From Nemertoderma westbladi (lineage: Eukaryota > Animalia > Xenacoelomorpha), in contig JAUCBJ010007613.1 in NCBI GenBank assembly GCA_032718475.1, positions 62,001 through 126,000 of the forward strand: DNA of 64,000 nt, read 5' to 3'. Below are positions 1-12,500 of the stretch, one piece after another. The notes under the pieces are model-generated. The model searched no databases and was not told the origin of the DNA. It worked only from the letters and a program-made list of their open reading frames with translations. Position numbers and translations under genes: made by a program. Position 1 is the first letter of the stretch, and each line of letters begins with the position of its first letter.

Positions 1-3000
1 GTGTATACTTGCAGATATTTTAGGCACTCCGCCTGCGTCAAGTTCTTTGTTAGTATTTCGTTACTATACATGCGCCGAAACTGTAGATATTCTTCCGGCC
101 TACTCCCATCGAATTTGAATGGTTCCACGGGTGGTAACTCGATCCTCGTTTTTAACGCATCGATCAACGTGGCCATCCCCATCGCCTGCGCTTCCAATGG
201 GTTCGATGGATGTTGTATAGTTTCTCCTGTTGGGTGTGGTCCGTCCGTCCTATTTCCTGCCTTCCTTTGGCTTGGGTATATCATTGGGGGTAGCGGCCCC
301 CTCCATATTTCTGTGTCGCATGATCCTATTTTCATCCAAGGGTCTCGTTGTTCTTGCTCCTATCGGGGTATATTGTTGATATTGTGATGGGGGAATGTCA
401 CCCTGTCCCCCCCCCCCCCCCCCACCGGTATGTTTGGTACTGGGGTTGATGTTAATATATTGGGGCCCATGCACCTATCCGCAATAGTTCCCCCCTCCCC
501 TGGGTATATGTTATGTCCTTGCATGCTGTAGTCATACTGCTGTGACTGGTACCGGTATAGGCCTATCAGCTTCTGGCCTACCTGCCGGTATGTACTCCGC
601 GACCTCCGGGTTCAATCCCGTCGACCGCGCTATCCTATCGCCTACATTATTCCTGTCAGCATGGCCTATGGTATGTGCAGTAAGGCCTACAGTATGTCCT
701 ACAGTCTGTATGTGTCGCTCGGGATCGAAGTTTATTCTTCTCGAATAATCCTCCCCGCGGCTACCGTATTCTCGATCGGCAGGTATATCCCGTCGGAAAG
801 TTTCTCTTCGACCCCCTCTACTGCTCTCGTCTTCGTACCGGTACATCGTGTACCCCTCTCTCGACGCGTAATGCGCCTCGTCAGGTCGCGTCTCTCCGGG
901 ACGACGGCAATCTCCCGAAGTTCGACCCCACCGACACTCTCTTTCCATCTCGACTACCGACGGCTCGCTATCCGTCCTCGCTCTCCTATCGTTCGCGGCG
1001 ATACTTCTCCTACTGTCTTCTCTTCTTCTCCTTTCAGTGCAGTATTCCCGCTCGTGAGATCTCTCGTCGACCTCCCGGTTAAACTCCACTGTTCTTCTTC
1101 CCTCTTCTGATCGGGCTCGACGCTCCGTCCGCCCTCTCGCGACGTCAACCTGCCTCTCTCTGCTCGATCGCACGCCGCTGGGGATACTCGCAATCCCCCT
1201 ATCACTCTCCGTCGCCGGGTGTTGCGGTTTACCTAATTCGGCCCGCGCATTATCCGCCGACGCCTGTGGGACACTCTCTGCCCCCCCCCCCCCCCTCTCG
1301 CCACTAACTTCTCGCTGTGGGGCTCCTATAGCCCCCCCCCCCCCACTCACCACATATCACGCCGCTACCTCTTACTTCACTTCTACACCCCTCTCCAGTC
1401 GACACAATGTTTCTACTGCGGCTGGGTTCGCTTACCCCTGCCTCTCTCTCCACTACTACTTGGCCTACCGGGCCTACTCCGGGTTGGCTCAACCCCGCCA
1501 CCTCCTGCCTACTAATCACGTGGCCTACCAGGCCCACCTCGGGTTGACTCAACCCCGTCGCTTCCTGCCTACTAATTACGTGGCCTACCAGGCCCACCCC
1601 GGGTTGGCTCAACCCTGCCACCTCCTGCCTACTAACTACGTGGCCTACCAGGCCTACCCCGGGTTGGCTCAACCCCGCCACCTCCTGCCTACTAATCACG
1701 CGGTCCACGCTTCCAGACTATACACGCCCGACGCGTTCACATTAATAGCACCACAGGTACAGTTATTGGTTAAATCAATTAAATCTTCCACCCCAGTTAA
1801 ATTATTTTGTGTACCCAAATTAGAAACGGAATTATTTTGTTCGTTCAAAATAAAGCTAGTCGGATTATTTTGTGCAATTGCGTTACTTGGATTATTTTGT
1901 AAATTCGAATTCGGGTTATTATTTAGATTATTTGGATTATTTTGCGTAACTACATTAATATTAGAATTATTCGGATTTAAATTTAAATTACTACTACTAG
2001 GTAAAATATTTCCTGCAATAAAAGTTTGGTTAGAGTTATCCAATACGGTACTATTAATATTAACGTCGTCTACTGTAGTATTATTATTACTCCCCCCCCC
2101 CCCCCCGCCCGTACGGTTACACCAGTCTCGGGTCTGTCGTGCGGTTCCTGTAAGTGGGGTATTAACAAATGTTTCCTCGGCCCTTGGCTCCTCGAAAGCA
2201 CTCGACCCAGCCTCACTCTCTGACAACCCCAATCGCGCCAATTTCAGTATGCGTTCCTGTCTGGTTTGGTACGGGCATGTAAACCATCCCGCATACGCCT
2301 CCCATCTGCTATCATTTCCCGATTAATCATTTCCCGACTCTCCCGCGCGCTCTGTTCGGCCAGTTCCTTCTCTCTCTCAATTCTCTCCGTTCGTCTCGCC
2401 TCGCGCTCTTTACGTTCCGCCTTGCGCTCTCTACGCTCACTCTCCTCCCTTGCCTCACACTCCCTACGCTCATTATCCTTTCTCGCCTCGCGCTCTTTAC
2501 GCTCATTATCCTCTCTCGCTTCACGCTCCTCTTGTTCCTTCCTCCCTATTTCCTCACTCTCCCTAAAGCTTCTCGCGGCTCTCTCGGCCCTCTCTCCGGT
2601 CTCTTTAACCAGTTCCATCTCTTTCTCTAATAGCGCTTTCCCCTCCTCTAACTGTCTCTCTACCTCTCTCTGGCCCTGCGCTATCAGATCGAGATGGTAC
2701 ACCGCGTTTATTTCCCTCACCCGTCTTCCTTTTACGGAGGATGTAGCAGACTTATCGGTTGTGACGGATTCCCTCCGCCTTCCCGTCCTACTAACTCTCC
2801 CCCGCCTCCCGGAACTGGAATTCCCTCCGACCGACGAGACCGAATCCTCGGGGTTAACCTCGGATTCGCCCTCCTCAGGTCTCCTCCAACCCACTAATTT
2901 TATACCCCGGGCATCGACTAAGTATGGCCCTATGTACACTACACTAGGTTGCATACCCCTACACCGCCATAAATCACACAGTTCCTCGGCAACCCCTCTC

Positions 3001-3536
3001 GCTCTCTCCTTGGCCAGTTCTCTCTGCCCGAAGCGCATTAGATAACTAAAATGTTTATCCGACTCACCTAGTCCTTTTGTCAACTTTACCTCGTCTATCC
3101 TCGCCCCCTCCTTGGCCTCCTTAAGTAGCTTCCGGGTCGCGTTGTAGGCCCGTCGAAGTCGATCAGAAACCCCGACGTCCTCGTCGCCAACCTCTCCTCC
3201 ATCTCTCTGGGTCCGACATTGTACCGGCGGCCCCACCGTCGCCGTTCCGGTGGGCCGTCCGTCGCCCTCGGCCTGTGGCTGGCCGGCGACATCGGCACAT
3301 CGACCGTCGTCGTGTGTCGACTCGTCTCTTTCTCCTTCCAACTCGCCCTCACCTTCTCTCAACTCGACTCCCCCTCCTCTCGACTCGACTTCTGGCTCCA
3401 GACCGCCCCCCTCATCCCGAACTGCCGGATGACCCGTTACCGATGGGTCCGGCGTCGTAGGCCTATACCGTCTGGTCGCGGCCTCGCGGATCGTTAGCTC
3501 TTTGTCCGGGGTCCGCGTTGGCGTTACGTCGCTCAT
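1..3536 (-). mobile_element. Bel/Pao LTR retrotransposon copy 1, frameshifted gag region (runs off the window's left edge)
   Basis: Chain of minus-strand ORFs 2244-3536, 1696-2241, 1304-1708, 532-1353 and 250-474, ending in ...LPPVEPFKFDGSRPEEYLQFRRMYSNEILTKNLTQAECLKYLQVY, a DUF1759/Bel-Pao gag-like motif. Collinear with copy 2. Several breaks lie at poly-C runs. Confidence 0.8.
1450..1700 (-). repeat. 60-bp coding tandem repeat (~4 copies, VGLVGHVISRQEVAGLSQP) in gag
   Basis: Near-identical lines at 60-bp period. Copy 2 has a related ~57-bp repeat at ~6110-6300. Confidence 0.85.
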
Positions 3537-3578
3537 CTTCCTTTAGATCGGTAGCTGGTAGGTTCTGGATTCTAATAC

Positions 3579-4137
3579 TGTGACGGGATCCAAGGAGGAT
3601 CCCGGTTTATCCGGATATTATAATTACGCGTCCCCGCCGTGTGTATGTGAAAAAAGTCTGAGAGTTTTGATGTTATTGATTCTCCGATATATGTATAATG
3701 TAATGGATATAGTACAAATGGATACAGTATAGATGGTTGAAATATAAAGAGTTATTGCAGTATGTACAGATAAAATGGCGGTAGGCAAGGGCGGTATTAG
3801 AAGTCTCCGCTCTACCCTAGCTAACCGACTAACACAATGAGATAACTGATTACAATAACGTGATACCTAATAATATATATTGCACGGTTTGGCCGTTGTT
3901 ACACTACCTAGCCGGTGCCTTCCCCCCATTGGTTAATAACCTTGTTGGCGCCCTTTGGAGTGTTTCCCCTCACTCCTGCTATTCTCTCTCTGTCAGGGGT
4001 ATGGCCCCTGATCCCTATTGTGCATTTCTCCTTCCCACTTTGTCGGGGTGGCATGAGGTTGGGTAATCAACCTCGTGCTCCCAATATTGCTTAATGGCTC
4101 ATTTTGTGGGGTGTTAGCGGAATTGGATAAGCTAACA
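3579..4137 (-). repeat. Putative 5' LTR of Bel/Pao copy 1
   Basis: TG...CA bounded (minus strand TGTTAGC...GTCACA) and just upstream of the gag ATG. The outer end abuts RTE sequence sharply. Both ends resemble 8051-8698. The inner boundary is uncertain because no PBS is seen. Confidence 0.55.
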
Positions 4138-4373
4138 ACCAGCCAGTGCATAATCTTGTACTTTGGCAGCCTTATGGAGTGAATAAGCATGGTGAACAGC
4201 CCATGACTTTCTTGAGACGCATCTTAAAGGACACTGGTCTTGAAGATGCGGATGATCTAGCAAATGTCATGGGTGATAGGGAGTTGTGGCGGCGCAATTT
4301 TGTCGACAAGCCAGCACAGCATTCTTTAAAATGCAGCTGCAATGCAGCATGACGATACTAGTAGTAGTAGTAG
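4138..4373 (+). mobile_element. 3' end of RTE-type LINE with (TAG)n tail
   Basis: Near-identical to 52877-53110 (HNLVLWQP...DKPAQHS); ends in tagtagtagtag. Confidence 0.9.
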
Positions 4374-7300
4374 GGTGGAGAATGCGATATTTCTACATTT
4401 ATTGCGCAGCCAGATTGGCAGTGCCTGCGCTATTGTGGTGATATTATTAGATGTGTTGAGTTCGTATGGCGCGTCTATTGTCTTCAGCACGATTAACGCC
4501 TTCTCGACCTTGTTCGCAAACGTCTTTATGCTAACAGGGTTGTCTTGTAGGCCACCTGATGTTATACCCCTTAAGGTCTGCCGGATGATCTTGGCAGGGT
4601 GTCCGTATTCCCTGTCTAGGGCCCGCCATGCAGTCGTGAAGCCACCCTCGATGCCCTGATACTGCCTCATGATGTCGTACGCTGGGCCTCCTGTGTATAC
4701 CTGTAAATATTTTAGGCACTCCACCTGCGTCAGGTTCTTAGTTAATATCTCATTGCTGTACATGCGCCGGAATTGCAGGTATTCTTCCAGCCTACTTCTG
4801 TCTAATTTAAATGGCTCTACAGGTGGTAGCTCGATTCTGGTCTTGAGCGCATCGATTAGTGAAGCCATTCCCATCGCCTGTGCTTCCAATGGGTTCGAAG
4901 GATGCTGTACAGATTCTCCCGTTGGCTGCGGTCCGCCTGTCCGGCCTGTTGACTTCCTTTGCGTCGGATATACCATTGGGGGTAATGGCCCCCTCCTTAT
5001 TTCCGTGTCGCAAGATCTGCTCTCGTCCAGGGGGTTCGATGTTCTTATTTCTGTTTGAATGTATTGTTGATATTGTAATGGGGGAATGTCACCCTGCCCC
5101 CCCCCCCCCCCCCCCGGTATGTTTGGTACTGGGGTTGATGTTAGTATATTGGGGTCCATACACCTATCCGCAATAACTCTCCCCTCCCCTGGATATATGT
5201 TATGTCCCTGCATATTATAGTCACACTGTTGTGCTGGTACCGGTATAGGCCTATCCACTTCTTGCATACCTATCGGTATATATGCCGCAACTTCCAGATC
5301 TAATCCCGTTGTTCGCGCTACCCTATCGCCTACACTATCTCTCCCAGCATGGCCTATAGTATGTGCAGTAAGGCCTACAGTATGCCCTGCAGTCTGTATG
5401 TGTCCCTCTGGACCGAAGTTTAACCTTCTCGAATAATCCCAGAAGTTCTCCCCGCGACTACCGAACCCTCGATCATCGGCAGCTATATCCCGTCGGGAAG
5501 TTTCTCTTCGATCCCCTCTCCTGTTCTCGTCCTCGTACCGGTACGTCCTGTACCCCTCTCTCGGCGTATAATATATCTCGCCAGGCTGCGTCTCTCTGGG
5601 GCGATGGCAATCTCCTGGAGTTCGACCCCACTGACTCTCCAACTCCATCTCCACCACCGACGGCTCGCTATCCGTCCTCGCTCTCCGGTTGCTCGTAGTA
5701 ACGCTTCTTCTACTCTCTTCTCTTCTTCTCTCTTCAGTGTAGCGTCCCCGCTCGTGAGATCTCTCGTCGACCTCCCGGTTAAACTCCACTGTTCTTCTTC
5801 CCTCTTCTGACTGGTCTCGACGTCTCGTTGCTCGCGACGCCAACCTCCCTCTATCTAGCCGGTCGGATGCTGCTGGGGATATTCGTAATCCCCCTACTAT
5901 TCTCCGTCGCCGGGTGCTGCAGTTCACCTAACTCACCCCGTGCATTATCCGCCGACGCCTGTGGGACACTCTCTGCCCCCCCCCCCCCCCCCCACTCGCC
6001 ACTTATTACTTGACCATCTCTTACTTCGCTTCTACGCCCCTCTCTAGCCAACGCACTATCTCTACTGCGGCCGGGTCTATTCACCCCCGCCTCTCCCTCT
6101 ACCACTGGGTGGCCTGGCAGGCTCCCGTCGGGTTGACTCACCCCCGCTGCTCCCTGCCTAACTATGTGGCCTTGTAGGCTCCCGTCGGGTTGACTCACCC
6201 CCGCTGCTCCCTGCCTATCTACGTGGCCTTGCAGGCTCCCGTTGGGGTCCCTCACCCCCGCTACTCCCTGCGTACTAACTACGTGGCCTTGCAGGCTCTC
6301 GCTGGCCAGACCACCTGTGTCTGCTGCGTTTATATTAATAGCACCACTATCAACATTATTTTTCAAATTATTTAAATTATTGGAATTATTCTGTACTGAA
6401 TTCGGATTATTATTTAAATTATTTTGTATATTTGAATTAGAATCGGGATTATTTTGCATATTTAGATTTAAATTATTCGAATTACTTTGTATATTTGAAT
6501 TATTTTATATATTTGGGTTTAAATTATTATTTGAATTATTTTGTGCATTTAAATTAGAGATATTCGGATTTAGATTATTATTGTCGGTCAAAATATTATT
6601 TCCTGGAATGAAAGTTTGATTAGGGTTGTCTACTACGGTACTATTAATATTAAAGTCTTCTAACGTATTATTATTACCCCCCCCCCCCCCCCCCCCACCC
6701 GTACGGTCCCACCAGTCCTGGGTCTGTCGTCCGGTCCCTGTAAGTGGGGTATTAACAAACATTTCCATAACCTCTGGCTCCTCGTAAATACTACCCGAGC
6801 CAGCCTCACTCTCAGATAATCCCAACTGCGCCAGTTCCAGTCGGCGCTTCTGTTTGGCCTGATATTGCATAAGCCCCCTCAACCGGGCATGCACATCATC
6901 CCACATGCGCTTTCCCGCTCTCTCTCTCTCTCTATCCTCTCTCAAACTCTGGTTTGCCAGCTCTGTCTCTCACGCCACCCGCTCTCTACGCTCGCTCTCT
7001 ACTCTCGCTCTCTACTCTCGTTTCTCACTCCTTACGTTCCTTCTCTACTCTCGTTTCTCACTCCTTATGTTCCTCTGCCTCTCTCTCTTCTTGCTCTCTA
7101 CAATTTCTCGCTACCCTCTTAGCCCTCTCTCTACACTCCCTCGCCAACTCCCCTCTCACGCAGTTCCCTCATTCAACTGCCTCTCTAATTCTTTCTGGTC
7201 TTGTGCCACCATGTCTAATTGACATGCCAGATCTATCTCTAACACCCTTCGTAGCGGACTTATCGGTCGCGACGGACTCCCGTCGCCTCTCTGTCCTACT

Positions 7301-8025
7301 AATTTTCCCCCGCTTTCTGGGGTTCTCGCTAACCGACAAGACCGAATCCTCGGGGTTAACCTCGGGTTCGCCCTCGTGCGGATCTGCCCAACCCACTAAC
7401 TTAATTCCCCTAGCATCCACTAAATACGGCCCTACGTACACCACTTCAGGCTCCATAACCTCGGATCGCCACAGTTCGAATAGTTCGGTGGCAACCCCCC
7501 TCGCTCTCTCACTCATCAATTCTCCCTGCCCGAAACGAACTAGATATCGGAAATGTTTATTCGACTCACCTAGTCGCTGGCTCAACTTCCCCTGATTTAC
7601 CTTCTCTCCCTCTTTGGCCTACTTCAATAGTTTATTGGTGGCATTGTAGGCCCGTCGAAGCCGATCGCTGGTCCCGACGTCCTCTTCGCCGACATCTCCT
7701 CCTCCTCTCCTGGTTCGGCATCGTACCGGTGGCCCCCCGTCACCGTTCCAGTGGGCCGTCCGTCGCCCTCGGCCTGTGGCTGGCCGGCAATTTCGGTACT
7801 CCAACTGCCGTCGTGCGTCGACTCGTCCCTTCCTCGTGGTAGACGGCCGCCCTCCGCCTGGGATGCCGGATCGTCCCTCATCGGCGAATCCAGCGTCACA
7901 GGTCGGTACCGTCGCGTCGCGGCCTCACGGATTGTTTGGTTGGTATCGGCAGGGGTTCGCGGCGGTGTCCTCTCTCCCTCTGATAGTTGGGGTCCTCCTG
8001 CACTCATCTTTACTCTTACAGTCAC
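4374..8025 (-). mobile_element. Bel/Pao LTR retrotransposon copy 2, gag region, truncated by the RTE insertion
   Basis: ORFs 7624-8025, 7169-7585, 6505-6945, 5851-6459 and 4326-5927. The C-terminal part PFKLDRSRLEEYLQFRRMY...YLQVYTGGPAYDIM...AWRALDREYGHP matches the Bel/Pao gag (DUF1759) pattern. Confidence 0.85.
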
Positions 8026-8050
8026 AGTTCAGTAGTTGGTAGTTTTACAC

Positions 8051-8698
8051 TGTGATGGGATCAAGGGATCCCAACCGGATTTGTTGACTATGCGTCACCG
8101 CGTTTACCTTAGGGTTGCTGATATTTAGGCCGAGGCCGTTGTGCCGAAAATAATAGAAATAAATGTTGTCTCTTGATATTTAGATAAAATATATGTAATA
8201 GCACAGTAAAGATTGCAGATAAGCAGCATTTGACAATGTATGATGGATACTGGTAGGTGTGCGTGTGTTGGTGACCGTGGCGATGACGATGACGGTGTAA
8301 AACATCACTGGTCTGCACTAAAGCTGATGACTGAGTAAACTGAACCGGTATGGTAATATGCATTGACAATATATGTAATCACTCCTACGCTGCTGTGGCC
8401 TTTCATCCAATGGATGCTCTCCCTCTCCCCTATTGGCTGATAATCTACTTCACGCCTCTCCCCTCTCTGGGAGTGCTTCCCCCCCCCCCCCCCCCTGTTG
8501 GCCCCTGCTGGTTGTTTCCCTTCCCGAGGTGATTTGACCTCTTACCTCCCTTTGTGTGTCTTTGGGGTTGTGTTGTCCCCGGTGTTGGATTGTGATACGA
8601 GATTGGTTATTGCCAATCTCGTACCTCCAACATATTGCAGAAAAAAGGTGCCACTTCCCATTTATGAGGGTAATGCAGCGGAACTGAATCCGCTTACA
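8051..8698 (-). repeat. Putative 5' LTR of Bel/Pao copy 2
   Basis: Minus strand TGTAAGCGG...ATCACA; terminal motifs shared with 3579-4137. Confidence 0.55.
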
Positions 8699-9724
8699 GG
8701 TTCAGCATACATATTATTATATTAATACATACATATACATACATATTAATACGATTAAAATCGATATTTTCCATCCCTCTTGTGTGACGCTATATTTAAA
8801 CGAAGTCAAAATGTTTAGAAAGGTTTGAGGATTATGGCATCTTTTTCATAAAACTGTGGCAACTATTTGTCAAGACCCAGCATCGCCCTGCAGAGACGCC
8901 ACCTGCGTTCACTCTGCTGGCGCCGTGTTGACCAATGGATAGATAGGAGCGGTTGCTTACAGACCATAAGATTTCTTATTTCGGCTACTACGTAATTATC
9001 TAATTAGAGGCCTGGGGAAAACATCCAATAACAGGCTAGCAACTAGCTAACCTACCACCCTTACAAACGAATGTACACAAAATCGGCATCAGTTACATTA
9101 TCACCTGTATCGGTGGAACAGTTTTATTATGAGACCTTGTTGTATTCAGTAGACAGTAGGGTAGGAACGAAACCATGTTGTTAGATTGAGCTATAATATT
9201 TGATTGATTATCTATTTGCTGACTACTTCAAACCTACCTAATGGACAGACCACAATAATGTTCAGATTGACGAAACCAGATCAACTAAGCTCAATAGAGG
9301 AAACAGTAGTTCAGTAGATACAACATTTTGCTGATAACTGTGGCCTACAGTACTTCACACCAATAAGGATTCAAATTTTATTTCTATGTCGCTTTCCAAT
9401 ACTATATGCCGCTTTGATGAATGCATGATCGGAGAGTTGGGCCAAACACATTTGGGCAAAAAATTAACCACAAGTAACCACATTTGGCCCAAGTGTGTTC
9501 CACATCTAGGCCAAAGTAGGCTCTATCACACTACAGGCGCCACTTTTTATATAGAAATAGATACAGCGTTATTTTTACTTGGCTGACTTGGTTTACTTGA
9601 TTGCTTGGGTATTGGGGTTTTTTGTAGGTACAGACTGGGATGTTGGTTTGTTTTTTTGGGTTAGGGTTTGCTGGTCATTTACAAACCAGCAGTAATTTAA
9701 CTGAGAAGAATAGGAGCAGATGAA

Positions 9725-12500
9725 GTGAAGGTATGTACATTAAATACTCATGGATTTTTAACAAACATGGACTATATCAAGGACCTCCTCTCGCAGTGTG
9801 ACTTTCTTGCTCTCCAGGAGCACTGGCTTGCCGATATGGAGTGCCAAAGTCTTCTTTTCAACTCTCTTCAGGGAAAACGAAGCGATTTAAAATATAGCAG
9901 GGCATCTACTCAAGGATCTTATCTGAACAGTTTCGTTTTATCTACAATAAATTCATCTTATATACATCTTATAATAAATTTATCGGACCAACCACTACAT
10001 TTCGCGGGGCTAATGGTGGCGCATCATGTATGTATAGATCACATAACAACATCACATAGTAGACTCAAACAAATATCGTTTGGCTCAGTACTTCATGATG
10101 ATCCTGCAAAAACTACTCAGAACACACCCCTGTTACCGCAACATTTAACTTCACCACAAAGGGCTATCCACCTAAAATAGAACACACTCGCACACCGAAG
10201 TTTAGGCAAGTCAGATTCAACTGGTCTAGGGCGTCCAGCTCTAACAGAGAAGAATACAAAACTGCCATTGATGCAATAATTGTAAAGAGGATAGCAGAGT
10301 TGAAGAGAATAAGGCTAGATGACCCCAGCATCGATCTGCTTAATGCAATCATGGAAGGAATTAAATCAGCCATTATCAGCACTGCCAAACAGTTCATTCC
10401 AGTTCTCCAGCCAAAGCGTAAATCCAGGAATTTTAGAATCTGCTCGAAACCCTTAAAGGACAGTTTCAAAGCAACATGTGACCTTTATAAACTCTGGAGT
10501 GACAATGGTAGAGATCAAAAAGATCCCATTCACTATGAATTCAAAGAATCACAGCGACGTACTAAAAGAATCAAAAATTTCTTAAGTAAAAACCTAGTTA
10601 GATGCACAAATAATAATTGGTCTCATAATATCAACAGCAACCCTAAGTCCTTCTGGTCCAATGTGAACAGATGCACCTACATCTATGGAGCCCACTATAC
10701 GGGAGCACATCACTGCTAAGCTCAGTAGGAACCAAGGGCCAATTAACAACAACCTCAATGATGAATTAAATACAGCCTGTGCACATTCCATATGCCCATA
10801 AATATCAGTGCTGTCAGTAAAACGGGCGTTATCAAATTTATCTACTGGAAAATCTCCTGACTTTGCCTCAATAACCGCTGAACGTTTGCTGCAGATGAAC
10901 CCGGACCCCATTTGTAGCTTTCTTGCTGATACTATAAACTTCTACCTCCAGCTGAAACAGGTCCCTTAGATATTCGGTTATTCTGTGTTGACTAATATTT
11001 ATAAGGGGAAGCAGCGTGACAACTACAACCCTAAGTCATATCGGCCTATAGCCTAAATTAGCCTATGGGCCAAGATATTTGTGAGGGTCATGCTTAGCGA
11101 TTTCCTCATAAACATTAAGGTGCAGGATAAAATCGGAACAGACATTGCCATAACAATGGTCCTGGAATGCCTGAACCAAAATCTACACATGAAGAGCTCG
11201 GTTTTCCTTTGCCAACTCGACATTGAGTCAGCATTTGACTCAGTGGATTTCACAATACTGGGTAAGAAGATGCTGGAATACGTCAATCCACACATAGTTA
11301 CCATATTCTTGAAGTTCGGGATGTGGGTGGATGGAGAGGGTATAACAGTATTACAAGGAGTTAAGCAAGGATCACTATTGTCAACACTCCACTTTAACCT
11401 TTACACCACCAACATATTGGTTGAACTGGAAGCATCAAAACTCGGCTGCCATATTGGTGCGACATGGATAGGGGTGCTATCTTACGCAGACGACTTTTTG
11501 TTGATGAGTAATACTGTGAAGGATCTTGAAGCCCTATACAGAGTTTTCCTACAAAGTGCAGCTAGAATCAACCTGTCAATAGAGGAATCAAAGTCGAGCT
11601 GGTCGGTTCATACAGGACTGGCTGGCACTCATAAACCCACCTTTGCTCGGTTAGGCGACCAACTAGTCACAAAAAAGGTATTAACATTCCTGGGCTATGA
11701 CTTAGCACCATCTAACACCAACAATGCTCTTAAGCAGTCCCTACAATCGATCTCCACACTTGGGCACGTATTTAGTCACAAAGGATGGACAACCAAGTGG
11801 CTACCAGTATCGGCTGTCTTCCATCTATGGAGAAGTCTGGCTCTCCCACCAGTAGTTCTCTACCGCCTTAAATTCGATATTGGCTCAATGTGTCAACAAG
11901 ATCTCGATGCTCTCGACACTGCCTATAGGGTTGCATTGAGAAGCCTCCTAAATACGGGGAACTACGTTGGAAACTCCACACTCTACCATCTAGCTGGAAC
12001 TATGTCAATAACTCTGGAGGCCTTCAAACATAGTATTGGAACATTGGCGCGTGCTATTGAATGTCCAATCCAATCACTACACAGATGCATCTCCACTGTA
12101 ATCATCAACAGAATCACCTCTGCACAAGCTGAACCCAAACGGAGAACTAAAGGGGTCATCAGTGGCTACAATAGAGTATCGACCATGTTTCCCCTTCCAC
12201 AACTAAACTCATTACTGATGTACCAATACCACAGGAAGAAGCTCACTAAACGCATTGTCACCAGGTCACCATCCTTAAAAGACCTCACTAATTCAAACTT
12301 CATCACGAACTGTTTCGTTCTTGATGCGCCTACTCTGAATCAAAAACTAGGTAACATTAGGAACTACTTTGGTATTGTGTGAATTAGTATTTTATTGATG
12401 ATATCCTAGGGTATCTTTTTAGCTACTACGGTGATTTTATTTAAATATTTTTAATTTGTCGGGGCTGCCCGAATTAAACCACCAATAATAATAATAATAA
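9725..12500 (+). pseudogene. Decayed non-LTR retrotransposon ORF2 (AP endonuclease + reverse transcriptase), RTEX/CR1-like
   Basis: KVCTLNTHG...LALQEHWL (APE N-terminus); SYRPI at ~11040; LDIESAFDSV, QGVKQGSLLS and LSYADD (RT motifs); stops and frameshifts; (TAA)n tail at ~12485-12500. Confidence 0.85.

Noticed and set aside
1-8042. Plus-strand ORFs across the Bel/Pao copies
   Set aside because: Antisense shadows of GC-rich, low-complexity gag sequence.
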